A stretch of 64,000 nucleotides of DNA from an uncultured Lactobacillus sp. (GTDB taxonomy: Bacteria > Bacillota > Bacilli > Lactobacillales > Lactobacillaceae), in assembly GCF_902491705.1 (NCBI RefSeq), contig NZ_CABUIW010000005.1:1755-65754 (forward strand), in the 5' to 3' direction. Below, in pieces: positions 51,829-61,260 of this stretch. Each line of letters starts with the position of its first letter. Positions within the stretch are counted from its first letter, which is position 1. Position numbers and translations under genes: made by a program. Below the pieces are notes generated by a model. The model did not search any database. It was not told the origin of the DNA and saw nothing but the letters and a program-made list of their open reading frames with translations.

Positions 51829-54189
51829 CTAATCGTAAATTTTTTCTTTTATCTGCTTAATTGCATCTTCGTAATTTCTCTTACCACCAAAGGACATAAT
51901 AATTTTGATAGTACCACCATATTTTTCAAACTCTGGCAGTCCAAGAACACTCTTATTTTCAAGATCAGCAATGCCATCATCTTTGTATTTTTCAAGGAGC
52001 TTATCAAGGATTTCTCTAGCAGCACCCTTGTAATGATCTAAGATGCCTGATTTCTTCACATTGTTAATTCGTTTAGACTTTGTAAGCGGCTTTTGATTGT
52101 ATGCTAGATGGAGAATCAAATCAAATGGATCCATATCTTTGATATGTTCATTTTTCATAATTTGCTTGTAGAAAATGCCATGCTCTTCCATTTCATCAAG
52201 CAATTTTTGTTTATCATCTGCCGCATTCCAATCAGCTAAGAATTTATCCAAAGTGGCATATTTGCCTAAAATATTTTTCTTAGTGTAATCAGTCAATGAA
52301 GTAGTAATTAATCTACCATTTTCATCTAAATATTGTGTTTGATCATTAATTACTTTAACTTCCGGCTTTGTAACCTCATATTTTGGCTTCGGTGGTTCTG
52401 ATACACCGCCTGAACCACCATGGCTACCACCTGAGCCTGAACCTGAGCCACCATCAATAATTTCAATTGGTTCGCCATCAAATTCTGGATCTGCAAATAA
52501 TCTTGATACACCACGAAAATCAATAATAGTGAAGAAATATTTACCATGATCGGTTTCAAGTCTAGTACCACGACCAATAACTTGCTTAAATTCAGTCATT
52601 GAATTGATATTAGAATCCAAAACAATAATCTTACACATCTTAACGTTAACACCAGTAGTTAACAGCTTAGAGGTCGTTACTATTGTTGGATATTTACTTG
52701 ATACATCTTCAAAATTATCAAGTTGGCCTTTACCTTCCTTATCATCACCCGTGATTCTCATTACATAGCGATGATCTTGAGCTACTAAGTCACTATTTTC
52801 ATTTACAAATGCTTGACGCATTCGTTCTGCATGTTCAATATCTTCACAAAAGACAATTGTCTTATCAAAACGACAATTATTCTTCTTAAGATACTCACTA
52901 ACATAATGTGCAACAGCTTTAGTACGATCATCAATTATTAAAGTTTTGTCAAAGTCTCTTGAAGTATACAATCTATCTTCAATTACCTGACCATGCTTAT
53001 CGACTTGTCCCTTAGCTGGTCTAAAGCCATTGACATCAACATCAAAATTAACTCTAATGACTTTGTATGGAGCCAAGAAGCCATCTTCAATTCCTTGTTT
53101 AAGAGTATAAGTGTATATTGGCTCGCCAAAATAAGCAATATTAGATGAACCTTCTTTAGTATTCGGCGTTGCCGTCATTCCTAAATGAGTAACACCTGGT
53201 CCGTCAAAGTAATCTAGAATCTTTCTCCATTGACTATCAGCTTTGGCAGAACCACGATGGGCTTCATCAATAATAATCATATCGAAGAAGTCTCGCTTTA
53301 ATTGTCTGAAAGGTTCTTTTCCTTGAGCTTGTTCTTCTTCACTACCGACAAGTTGTTGATACAAGGCAAAATGAATTGGGTAAGAACTATCTAATTTACC
53401 TTTCTGGACTTTAGTAGTTAACTTTTGCAGAGGACTAAAGTCATTCTGCATTGGCTGATCCACTAAGATATTTCGATCTGCCAAATATAGAATATGTTTC
53501 TTAATGCCTGCTTTAAGTAATCGATAAACAATTTGAAAGGCTGTATAGGTCTTACCTGTACCAGTTGCCATAAGTAATAAAATTCTTGGGCGACCATTAG
53601 CAATACTTTCAACAACACGATTAATAGCAACTCTTTGGTAATAACGTGGTGGGTATGTTTCTCTACTTGAATAATATGGTTGAACCATTGCATTAATTTG
53701 TTCAGGTGTAAGTTTCTGCTCTTCTTTAAAGCGTGTCCATAACTCTTCTTTAGTAGGAAATTCATCTAATGATATATCTCTTTCTTTACCCGTAATCATG
53801 TCATGCTCTACAAAAGCATCCCCATTAGATGAATAAGCAAATGGAACTTTCAAATCATCTGCGTATCTCATACCCTGCTGCAAACCTGCTCCTGGTAAGG
53901 CATGATTTTTTCTATCTTTAGCTTCAATAACCGCTAATGGATAATTAGGACGATAAAAAAGTAAATAGTCTACTTTCCTCCCTTTTTTTCGCTCCACTAC
54001 ATCATTAACAACGTTAATCCTACCAGCAGTATAGTAATATTCCATTAATTTATCTGATTTCTTCCATCCTGCTTTTTCAATAGCCGGAGTAATATATCTT
54101 TCTTTTATGTCCTCTTCTGTAAGATTCATTTTATCTTCTAGAGGATTCATCTTATTATTAGATACCATAATAGTCACCCATTTCTGCAT
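51829..54189 (-). CDS. hsdR: Type I restriction endonuclease subunit HsdR (EcoEI-like family)
   Basis: N-terminal nuclease region (MNLTEEDIKERYITPAIEKAGW), helicase motifs MATGTGKT and IIDEAHRGS, a G/S-rich linker, and an EcoEI-R-type C-terminal domain. The true start may be 54168 or 54129. Confidence 0.9.
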   Translation of the reverse strand: MQKWVTIMVSNNKMNPLEDKMNLTEEDIKERYITPAIEKAGWKKSDKLMEYYYTAGRINVVNDVVERKKGRKVDYLLFYRPNYPLAVIEAKDRKNHALPGAGLQQGMRYADDLKVPFAYSSNGDAFVEHDMITGKERDISLDEFPTKEELWTRFKEEQKLTPEQINAMVQPYYSSRETYPPRYYQRVAINRVVESIANGRPRILLLMATGTGKTYTAFQIVYRLLKAGIKKHILYLADRNILVDQPMQNDFSPLQKLTTKVQKGKLDSSYPIHFALYQQLVGSEEEQAQGKEPFRQLKRDFFDMIIIDEAHRGSAKADSQWRKILDYFDGPGVTHLGMTATPNTKEGSSNIAYFGEPIYTYTLKQGIEDGFLAPYKVIRVNFDVDVNGFRPAKGQVDKHGQVIEDRLYTSRDFDKTLIIDDRTKAVAHYVSEYLKKNNCRFDKTIVFCEDIEHAERMRQAFVNENSDLVAQDHRYVMRITGDDKEGKGQLDNFEDVSSKYPTIVTTSKLLTTGVNVKMCKIIVLDSNINSMTEFKQVIGRGTRLETDHGKYFFTIIDFRGVSRLFADPEFDGEPIEIIDGGSGSGSGGSHGGSGGVSEPPKPKYEVTKPEVKVINDQTQYLDENGRLITTSLTDYTKKNILGKYATLDKFLADWNAADDKQKLLDEMEEHGIFYKQIMKNEHIKDMDPFDLILHLAYNQKPLTKSKRINNVKKSGILDHYKGAAREILDKLLEKYKDDGIADLENKSVLGLPEFEKYGGTIKIIMSFGGKRNYEDAIKQIKEKIYD

Positions 54190-54327
54190 ATACGTGTCTT
54201 CTTTATTATATATGAAGCTAAATCAAAAAGGAGACTGTGTGATTTAATTTTCCAATCTCTCATACTTTATTAGACCTATAATATAGATGTTTTGAAAGCT
54301 ATTTAGTGATATAGAGAGGATTTAGTT

Positions 54328-54693
54328 TTGAAGAACAAAAGAATTATTGTACTTTTAATTATGATTTTGGGATTCGCAGGTATTTTTACAGCCACCAATT
54401 CCAATAAAGTTCAAGCAAGCTATTTAAGTGGAAACAATTACGCTTCATTGGCTACTCGTCATGTAGTAGTTACTAGGACTATGCCTGTTTACAGATGTAA
54501 AACTGGACATTGCGAAGCCGAAAACAGATTTTATCATGCAGGTCATGCCCACAAAGGTACCAAGATTTATATTTCCAGATGGCTTATGAGTACAGGTGGT
54601 GTTTGGGTAATCAAAGGTGGCAAATATTATCATAATCATCGAACATTTTTCGTAGTACCTGGCTCAAGAGCTAATTGGTATCAAAGAATTTAA
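54328..54693 (+). CDS. Small secreted His/Cys-containing protein (121 aa), TTG start
   Basis: GAGAGGA SD. Signal peptide MKNKRIIVLLIMILGFAGIFTA. No recognised domain. Confidence 0.45.
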   Translation: MKNKRIIVLLIMILGFAGIFTATNSNKVQASYLSGNNYASLATRHVVVTRTMPVYRCKTGHCEAENRFYHAGHAHKGTKIYISRWLMSTGGVWVIKGGKYYHNHRTFFVVPGSRANWYQRI

Positions 54694-54714
54694 ATTTAAC
54701 AACTGAACAACATA

Positions 54715-54746
54715 AAAAATAGCACTCAATCGAGTGCTATTTTTTC
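54715..54746. terminator. Bidirectional terminator
   Basis: aaaaaatagcactc-aatc-gagtgctatttttt. Confidence 0.85.
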
Positions 54747-54749
54747 CTA

Positions 54750-56249
54750 TTATAAAGCAGCCTTTTCTTTGCGTTCGCGGTATGAGTAGTATACCCAAGC
54801 CACAACACCAAATGCTACAGGACCAATGGCTGTCCAGAATGATGTTTGGTAGTCGCCTGTAAAGAGTGGTTCGATACAAGTGAAGATAATACCAATTGCA
54901 ACAACGAGCCAAACAACAATAGTTGTTGCCCAGACCTTCTTTTTGCCTTCAATAAAGACAAATGGACGATCCAAATTCTTCTTTGCCTTAAAGAATGGAT
55001 ATGCCGCAATCAAGAACAAGTATGGCGCAGATGAAGATACGTTCATCATGTCCATCAAGATTGTGTAGAACTGGCTAGCAGCATTACCACCAAATGAGAT
55101 GAACAAGATAATTACACTAACGATAATTGCTTGTACCCACATTGAACGTTCAGGCATCCCGTGCTTGTTAAGTTCAACTAGCTTTTTAGGCAAAAGTCGA
55201 GGATCACAACCTTCAATAAATGACTTGATTGGTGAGTAAACCATCAAAAAGGCAGCAGCGATACCTGACAATACGTCGGCAATTCCGGCAAAGTGTGAGA
55301 ATGCAGAACCAATGGCAAGTGATGCTGATTCTGACAAGCCTAAGCTGTGGCCAGTAACTACACCCAAGTTATTGATCAAGATATATTCTACGTTCGCAAG
55401 GTCAACGCCCTTAACACCTAAGTCCTTGTTCCAATTAACAGCCACACCACACATGAAGATGTTAACTACATAAAGTGCAGTCATCATTACCATGGCAATA
55501 ATCAAGGCCTTTGGATAAGTCTTTTCTGGCTTATCAACTGAGTCAATAACACCTGATGTTGTTTCAAGACCACCATAAGCAAACAATGCATAAACGATGA
55601 ATGAAACAACCGCAATTGGTGACTGGAATGATGGGTTTGGTGAGTGAACCAAGTTTTGTGCAGTTACAGGCTCAGCAAGTTGACCATGATTCAAAATAAA
55701 CACGAATAATGATACTGCTGTAAAGCCAATGGCAATTGCCAAAGTAAAGATCCCACCAATATTGTTGATGGCCTTTATTTTATCAATTCCCTTAGCAGCA
55801 CAGAAAGTTACGATTGCTAAGAAGATAACTTCCAAAATTCCTAGCAGTTGTGTTGAACTTAATCCACCTAAATGCCAGCTTTGGGTTGTATCGTGGCCGA
55901 ACACGGCAGTTGAGACTGATACCAAGAAGAACTGAGTAGATGATACCAACCAAATAACCCAAGCGGACAACCAAATAAAGGTTCCGATAAACGCTACTTT
56001 TTCATTAGTTGATCCTTCAAGCCATGAGAAGATCCCACCTTTTATTCCTTTAAATGATGCACCGTATTCCGCAAAGATCAATGCAGATGGCAAGAAGAAT
56101 AAAATAGCAGTCACAATATACCAGATAATACTTGCATAGCCCATCTGGTAAAAGGCTGTCAATGAATTACTAAATCCAAAAATAGAAGAGAAAATCATCA
56201 AAACTAAGCTGTTAAGCTTAATCTTGACGTGATTATCTTTCTTCTCCAT
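54750..56249 (-). CDS. APC-superfamily amino acid permease (glutamate/GABA-antiporter-like)
   Basis: 499 aa, about 12-13 TM segments. N-terminus ...LVLMIFSSIFGFSN... is typical of the APC/AGT family. Confidence 0.8.
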   Translation of the reverse strand: MEKKDNHVKIKLNSLVLMIFSSIFGFSNSLTAFYQMGYASIIWYIVTAILFFLPSALIFAEYGASFKGIKGGIFSWLEGSTNEKVAFIGTFIWLSAWVIWLVSSTQFFLVSVSTAVFGHDTTQSWHLGGLSSTQLLGILEVIFLAIVTFCAAKGIDKIKAINNIGGIFTLAIAIGFTAVSLFVFILNHGQLAEPVTAQNLVHSPNPSFQSPIAVVSFIVYALFAYGGLETTSGVIDSVDKPEKTYPKALIIAMVMMTALYVVNIFMCGVAVNWNKDLGVKGVDLANVEYILINNLGVVTGHSLGLSESASLAIGSAFSHFAGIADVLSGIAAAFLMVYSPIKSFIEGCDPRLLPKKLVELNKHGMPERSMWVQAIIVSVIILFISFGGNAASQFYTILMDMMNVSSSAPYLFLIAAYPFFKAKKNLDRPFVFIEGKKKVWATTIVVWLVVAIGIIFTCIEPLFTGDYQTSFWTAIGPVAFGVVAWVYYSYRERKEKAAL

Positions 56250-56317
56250 AAAAAACTAAACAACTCCTTTTTTAAAACAAACATTACTTATTTATGAACC
56301 TTTAATAAAATTTTTTC

Positions 56318-56348
56318 AAAAAAGAACCAAGCCACGATGGCTTGATTC
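56318..56348 (-). terminator. Terminator of the helveticin-like gene
   Basis: The minus strand reads GAATCAAGCCATCGTGGCTTGGTTCTTTTTT. Confidence 0.75.
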
Positions 56349-56357
56349 TGAAATTAT

Positions 56358-57860
56358 CTATTTAATTCTTTGTCTCAACAATTCAGGCCGTTGTGCAAGT
56401 TCTGCATACAAGTGATTGCCGTTCACGCAAATACCTTCAAATTCACGACCAGTGTGGAAATGACCTTCACTTAATACGTGTCCGTTTCTTTTCAGTTTAA
56501 ACAAATAATCGTTAAATGCTAAATAGATTTGCTTTCTCTTCTTATCATATGCCATGCCTTGAACTGGAGAGTTATTAAACATGAAGTCGCCTCGAGTTGC
56601 CCCAATTTCTTTAGGAACAAAGCTATCACCATTGCGAGTAACCTCCCAGTATTCAAAGCGATGATCAGTTGAACTATGATATACCGCAATAAATTTGTGA
56701 TCACTTATAAATGCGGCATTATGAATATAACGGCCATCATTTGCTCCGCGGTTCCAAATCTTAAATGTCCAAATGCGCTTAATGCGTAAGTTCTTCTTGC
56801 TAATCTGCATCAATTCTTCTGAACTTGGATCATTTTTTAACAAGTGATCATTAGCAATGACATACAAATATTTCTTAGTAGCACCAAAGGCTTGTCCATG
56901 ACCTGTCTTAATGTATGGGCTAATCTTGATGTGAGAAGCTAATCTTGTAAATTTATTCCAAGATAGCCATGGCAACTTTTGCAAAATATAGCGATTAGGA
57001 ATATGGCTAAACTTGTAAGCTACAATATGTGAACGCGTGCGACATGGTTCACTATACATAGTGGTATACATCGTGCCTTTTGAAACGGTCATTCCTTCTG
57101 GAACAGGCCCAACCAATCCACTTGGCGTACCACTCTGACTCAATGATGCTGGTTGATAGAAGTAAGTCTTCAATTTAAATGGACCACTCTTTAAAGTGTG
57201 CGGCTTAGTTTCTGGTGCAAAGCTCTTGCCCCAGTGGCCTGAAGTCTTAAAGTGCTTAAACCAGCTAGTTGCACCGCCAGCACCTGGTTGTGGTGTCACA
57301 TCTGCCTTAGCGATACCTTCTTGATCATCGCTTCTTACTTCGACAGTTGCATGTGCCTTAGCCTTGCCGTGAGAATAAGTTACTTCAAACTGGCCAGCTT
57401 CATTAGTTGGAATAACACCAGTTGAAACTTTTACTTCACTAGGCTTAATTACAGTTCCGGCTTTATTGGTTGCAAAGTTAATTGCATCCCTAGGATCAAA
57501 ATTATAGTTTGGATTCTTCACCAAGCTAATATCGCGAGCAACAGAGATTTTCTTTCTCAAAAATGCTCGCTGATCAACCCAGCCGGCTCTATGACCATCA
57601 ATCCAAACGTAATTGTACTTGCGTTTACCAATTTTTCTTTCAGCACTGGCTTGAAAGTTGCCATATCTAAATGTTCTAGTTGAACCAATCCAACCTGAAA
57701 GACCTGCTTTTGTTAAACGCTGATAGATTCCGTAATTACGACCACTAATCATTTTTGTTTGAAAAGGACTGAGTTCCTTAGCCAAAACAGATTGTGGCTT
57801 AATCACAAACAGCATTAACAAGCATGCCAAAATAAAAGAAATACTCCATTTCTTTCTCAT
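56358..57860 (-). CDS. Secreted protein: signal peptide + GW/SH3b-like wall-binding module + Ig-like module + helveticin-J-like C-terminal domain
   Basis: GW-like segment ...GWIGSTRTF...VWIDGHRAGWVDQRAF. The C-terminal blocks GHGQAFG, SPVQGMAYDKKRKQIYLAF and GREFEGICVNGNHLY parallel blocks I recall from helveticin J (HTQTW, SIQGYDLDNDGNIYISS, SEVESIQIIGENHCY). Confidence 0.45.
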   Translation of the reverse strand: MRKKWSISFILACLLMLFVIKPQSVLAKELSPFQTKMISGRNYGIYQRLTKAGLSGWIGSTRTFRYGNFQASAERKIGKRKYNYVWIDGHRAGWVDQRAFLRKKISVARDISLVKNPNYNFDPRDAINFATNKAGTVIKPSEVKVSTGVIPTNEAGQFEVTYSHGKAKAHATVEVRSDDQEGIAKADVTPQPGAGGATSWFKHFKTSGHWGKSFAPETKPHTLKSGPFKLKTYFYQPASLSQSGTPSGLVGPVPEGMTVSKGTMYTTMYSEPCRTRSHIVAYKFSHIPNRYILQKLPWLSWNKFTRLASHIKISPYIKTGHGQAFGATKKYLYVIANDHLLKNDPSSEELMQISKKNLRIKRIWTFKIWNRGANDGRYIHNAAFISDHKFIAVYHSSTDHRFEYWEVTRNGDSFVPKEIGATRGDFMFNNSPVQGMAYDKKRKQIYLAFNDYLFKLKRNGHVLSEGHFHTGREFEGICVNGNHLYAELAQRPELLRQRIK

Positions 57861-58023
57861 ATCTTTTCTACTACTCCCCTATTTTCATTCAATAACACGA
57901 TTAACATTGTAGTTCTTTATATTAATTTGTGCTAGGCATGAAAGCGGTAGCATTAAAAGATTTTTGTAAATATATTGTCTGCATAAGAAGCACTTAATAA
58001 TGCTATTAATTCTTAAAAATAGA

Positions 58024-58052
58024 CAAAAAAAGAACGCTACAAGATGTAGCGT
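58024..58052 (-). terminator. Terminator of the SLAP-protein gene
   Basis: The minus strand reads GACGCTACATCTTGTAGCGTTCTTTTTTT. Confidence 0.75.
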
Positions 58053-58066
58053 CCCAGATTGAAAAA

Positions 58067-58819
58067 TTACTTTTCAACGATTAAGTTCTTAAGATCGTCT
58101 GATAAGTTAAGTGGTGAATACTTAGCACTAACAATCTTCATAGCTGATTGCTTAACGTATCTCTTCTTGCCAATGTAAACATACTTAGTTTTACCATTAG
58201 TAACGATCATTGAAGACTTGTATTTCTTACCATACTTAATCTTCTTCTTGCTTGCAGCAAAAGTAATCTTCTTTGACTTCTTGCTCTTCTTGTAAGCGTA
58301 GTAAATCTTTGCACCCTTCTTTGACTTAGGGGTTACAGTAATGTATTGCAAAGTTCTGTTCTTATAAGCATCTTGAATAGCCTTAGCATCGTTTGTTGCT
58401 TGTGTAATAAAGGCTGATTCAGTTGGTACAGTAGAAGCAGTGGTTACATCAGTTGATGGAATAAAGACAAAGCTGTCTTGACCATTAATTGTTCTGTTTT
58501 CGATGTAGTACAAAGTTACAGTGTTGTCGCCTTGTTTAGCTTCAGTTGACCATAACACGTTAATGGTTTGACCTTGAGTATAATTTGAATCAATAGTAGT
58601 TGGGTTTTGACCCTTAGCAACAGCAACTAACTTAGGATTGTTGCTCTTAACAGTAGCAGCAACAGTTCTACGCTTTACGCTGATAGTTGCAGTATTGCTG
58701 TCTGAAGATTGAGTTGTTGCAGCATGAACTGGTTCGCTCATTGCCATTCCAGTACCAGCAAGACCTGCTGAAAGCATTACAGCAGCTGCTAACGAAGTAA
58801 ATAATTTTTTAGTTTTCAT
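58067..58819 (-). CDS. Secreted surface protein with a basic C-terminal SLAP-like domain
   Basis: AGGAG SD before the ATG at 58819. Signal peptide MKTKKLFTSLAAAVMLSAGLAG. K-rich C-terminus ...KTKYVYIGKKRYVKQS... Confidence 0.6.
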   Translation of the reverse strand: MKTKKLFTSLAAAVMLSAGLAGTGMAMSEPVHAATTQSSDSNTATISVKRRTVAATVKSNNPKLVAVAKGQNPTTIDSNYTQGQTINVLWSTEAKQGDNTVTLYYIENRTINGQDSFVFIPSTDVTTASTVPTESAFITQATNDAKAIQDAYKNRTLQYITVTPKSKKGAKIYYAYKKSKKSKKITFAASKKKIKYGKKYKSSMIVTNGKTKYVYIGKKRYVKQSAMKIVSAKYSPLNLSDDLKNLIVEK

Positions 58820-58887
58820 TATATAAAATCTCCTAAAAACATAACTCTTATGATTCAATTATAACATTTTTTAAGTTCTTCTACGTG

Positions 58888-59595
58888 TTACTTACCTGCA
58901 AATAGCTGCCCAATTGTAGCCATATCATCTGCCGCAATTGTGAAGCCAGTTTGAGGATTATCAACGATATCTTCTACCTGAACGATTGGCACAATTTTCT
59001 TTTGAGCAAAATAACGTAAAACAAGTTCAAGTGTACTTGTACCGTAGTGACTAGCGATTTCAACTAATGCATCGATATCACCAGTAGCTAAGACTTCCAC
59101 TTGTATATTGTTTTTACGAGCTAAATCAATCAAAGCTGGATTTTCATAATCCATTTGAATTACGCTAGGCTTGATTTTAGCTGATTTCAAAATAGCAGAC
59201 AAAGTATCATTATCTGCATTAGCAACACCAATATTTTTGAGCCAGCCTTGAATCTTAACTTGTTCAAGTTCTTTCCAAAGTTGGCTGTTGCGTTCAGCAT
59301 CATCACTCAAACAAAGCATAGCCAGGTCAGCATGTTTAGCCACTAAAGCTTTTCTGATTTCTTTAAGATTATTACGCATCTCTTCGCGAGTGGTAATTTT
59401 CTCAGAAACTTGAATTTCTACATAAGTTTGTGGGCTTAAATTTTCAAAATCAATTTGGTCATTTGCAAGGCAATTAAGCAAGCGATAACCTGCTTTGGTT
59501 GCTTTTGTGGCACCTTCATCATCTGAAATAGCCACACCAACTTTTGGCATTAAGCTACCATCATTTAATACAACTGCTTCGTCTAATAATGACAT
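58888..59595 (-). CDS. Aldo/keto-reductase-like protein with a degenerate active site
   Basis: The N-terminus VVLNDGSLMPKVGVA and ...AGYRLLNC... follow the AKR layout. The DxxxxY catalytic segment is not conserved, and the protein (235 aa) is short for an AKR. Confidence 0.5.
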   Translation of the reverse strand: MSLLDEAVVLNDGSLMPKVGVAISDDEGATKATKAGYRLLNCLANDQIDFENLSPQTYVEIQVSEKITTREEMRNNLKEIRKALVAKHADLAMLCLSDDAERNSQLWKELEQVKIQGWLKNIGVANADNDTLSAILKSAKIKPSVIQMDYENPALIDLARKNNIQVEVLATGDIDALVEIASHYGTSTLELVLRYFAQKKIVPIVQVEDIVDNPQTGFTIAADDMATIGQLFAGK

Positions 59596-59609
59596 TAAGC
59601 AAACACTCC

Positions 59610-60017
59610 TTAAGCTAATTCTACATAAATTTTGATAGCTTCTTTGATTGTTTGATAAACAGTGGAAACATGCAATACGTGGGATAAGAACTTCTCTTTC
59701 TCCAGTTTTGTCATGTCTGAATCAAAGAAGACTTCTATTTTCATTTCAGTTACCACAGATTTCCCATGGCCTAAATTTTCAGTTTTAGCATAATTTTCTA
59801 CATGAAAATTCTTAACATCTAATCCATGTGCCTTAGTAATCATCCCCGCTGACATTACAATACAGGAATTGACACTGCCACATAGATATTCGACAGGGTT
59901 TGGACCCTTATCATGCTCTTCGCTATTATCATCACAAATAAAAACGTGATCGCGAACTTGATTTGCAATTTGCCATTCTTCGTCTTTAAGCTTGGACTTT
60001 ACTAAATATTCACTCAT
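59610..60017 (-). CDS. OsmC/Ohr-family protein
   Basis: 135 aa. GPNPVEYLCGSVNSC is typical of the OsmC family. Confidence 0.75.
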   Translation of the reverse strand: MSEYLVKSKLKDEEWQIANQVRDHVFICDDNSEEHDKGPNPVEYLCGSVNSCIVMSAGMITKAHGLDVKNFHVENYAKTENLGHGKSVVTEMKIEVFFDSDMTKLEKEKFLSHVLHVSTVYQTIKEAIKIYVELA

Positions 60018-60037
60018 AATGATCCCTTCTTTTTTAA

Positions 60038-61213
60038 TTAATGGTGATCAATTGCTCCGTTTAACCGTTTGCGCCAGATAAAGTAAACTACCAGCATAAA
60101 TGGAATTAACACTAACTCTACTAAATAGAACCACTTAATTGGCAAAACACTATCAATTACTCCACCTAGCATTGGGCCAAAGGCCATCGCAATATCGAGG
60201 CCTAAATAAAATGTTGAACTAGCTAATCCTTGCTCTTCAATTGGTGCAAGTAAAAGCGCAGTTGATTGTAAAACTGAATAAATAATGCCGTAGCCCATTG
60301 CCATGCCAGCAGCTGCTAGTGCCATTTGCCAATTATTGTTCATGATAGCGAGTAAAACAATGTAAGCAGCAGTTGATACTAAGCTAATCCAGAACCAAAC
60401 GCCGAATCTAACTGTATCAAAGTAGCGCTTCAAGCCAATTCTGATTACTAATAAAACTGCCGCATAGATCAAGAAATATAATCCAACGGCAACAGATAAA
60501 TGCTTTTGTTCAACATAAGTAACGATATCAGCCTGCGTAATAAAGTAAGGAATTGCGAAAAGCGTTGTTAAAATCGCTACTGGCAAAACATTCATCTGAA
60601 TAATCTTGAAATGCTTTTTAGTATTCTTTTTATCTCTAACAATTGGCTTAACATGATTGCCCACAAATTGAATAGAAACAACCATTAACAAAGCTGAAAC
60701 AGCGGAGGCGATTAAGCTCTCGCGGTAACCAATTTTTTGATAAATATTAATTGATAATGCTGGTGCTAAAGCCATAGCCAAGGCATTCATCAAGCCGTAA
60801 AAGCCCATTGCCTCACCAACATGTTGCCGCGGAACCAAAAATGCTAGCCAAGTGGTCATGCAAACGGTACATAAAACGTAGCCTGTACCATTGATTAGTC
60901 TGAATAATAATAGCCAAGCACTTGATGGCGTAAAGATATATCCTAATACACCTATCAAAATCAAGATACCGCCAATAAATGAAAGACGATATTTTGAAAA
61001 CTTGTCTGTCAAATTGCCGGCAACAGGACGCAAAAACATTGCGGCAACACTCATAATGCCGACGATTACTCCGGCAAAGGTGCTGCTTGCCCCTAAGTTC
61101 TTTGCGTAGCCATTAATCAACGGATTAACAAACATCGTACTAAACATAAAGAAGAAAGATGCTGCCATTACAAGTACAACATCTTTGGTATAAATAGACT
61201 TTCTTTTTGCCAA
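60038..61213 (-). CDS. MFS transporter
   Basis: 391 aa, 12 TM segments. MFS loop motif GNLTDKFSKYR between TM2 and TM3. Confidence 0.85.
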   Translation of the reverse strand: MAKRKSIYTKDVVLVMAASFFFMFSTMFVNPLINGYAKNLGASSTFAGVIVGIMSVAAMFLRPVAGNLTDKFSKYRLSFIGGILILIGVLGYIFTPSSAWLLLFRLINGTGYVLCTVCMTTWLAFLVPRQHVGEAMGFYGLMNALAMALAPALSINIYQKIGYRESLIASAVSALLMVVSIQFVGNHVKPIVRDKKNTKKHFKIIQMNVLPVAILTTLFAIPYFITQADIVTYVEQKHLSVAVGLYFLIYAAVLLVIRIGLKRYFDTVRFGVWFWISLVSTAAYIVLLAIMNNNWQMALAAAGMAMGYGIIYSVLQSTALLLAPIEEQGLASSTFYLGLDIAMAFGPMLGGVIDSVLPIKWFYLVELVLIPFMLVVYFIWRKRLNGAIDHH

Positions 61214-61260
61214 ATTAATTCCCCATTTCTTTGGCTTAATTATACAACTATCACAAAAAT

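Noticed and set aside
52386-52460. Short G/S-encoding repeats in hsdR (GGSGSGSGGSHGGSGG) as a possible contingency locus
   Set aside because: The codons are heterogeneous (ggt, gga, agc, tca mixtures) rather than a perfect microsatellite. It looks like an ordinary flexible linker between the helicase and C-terminal domains.
45509-54327. Mobile element borders (integrase, transposase, att-like direct repeats) for the defence island
   Set aside because: No integrase- or transposase-like ORF is present, and I could not identify matching direct repeats at the two edges by eye. I therefore did not call the island a mobile element.
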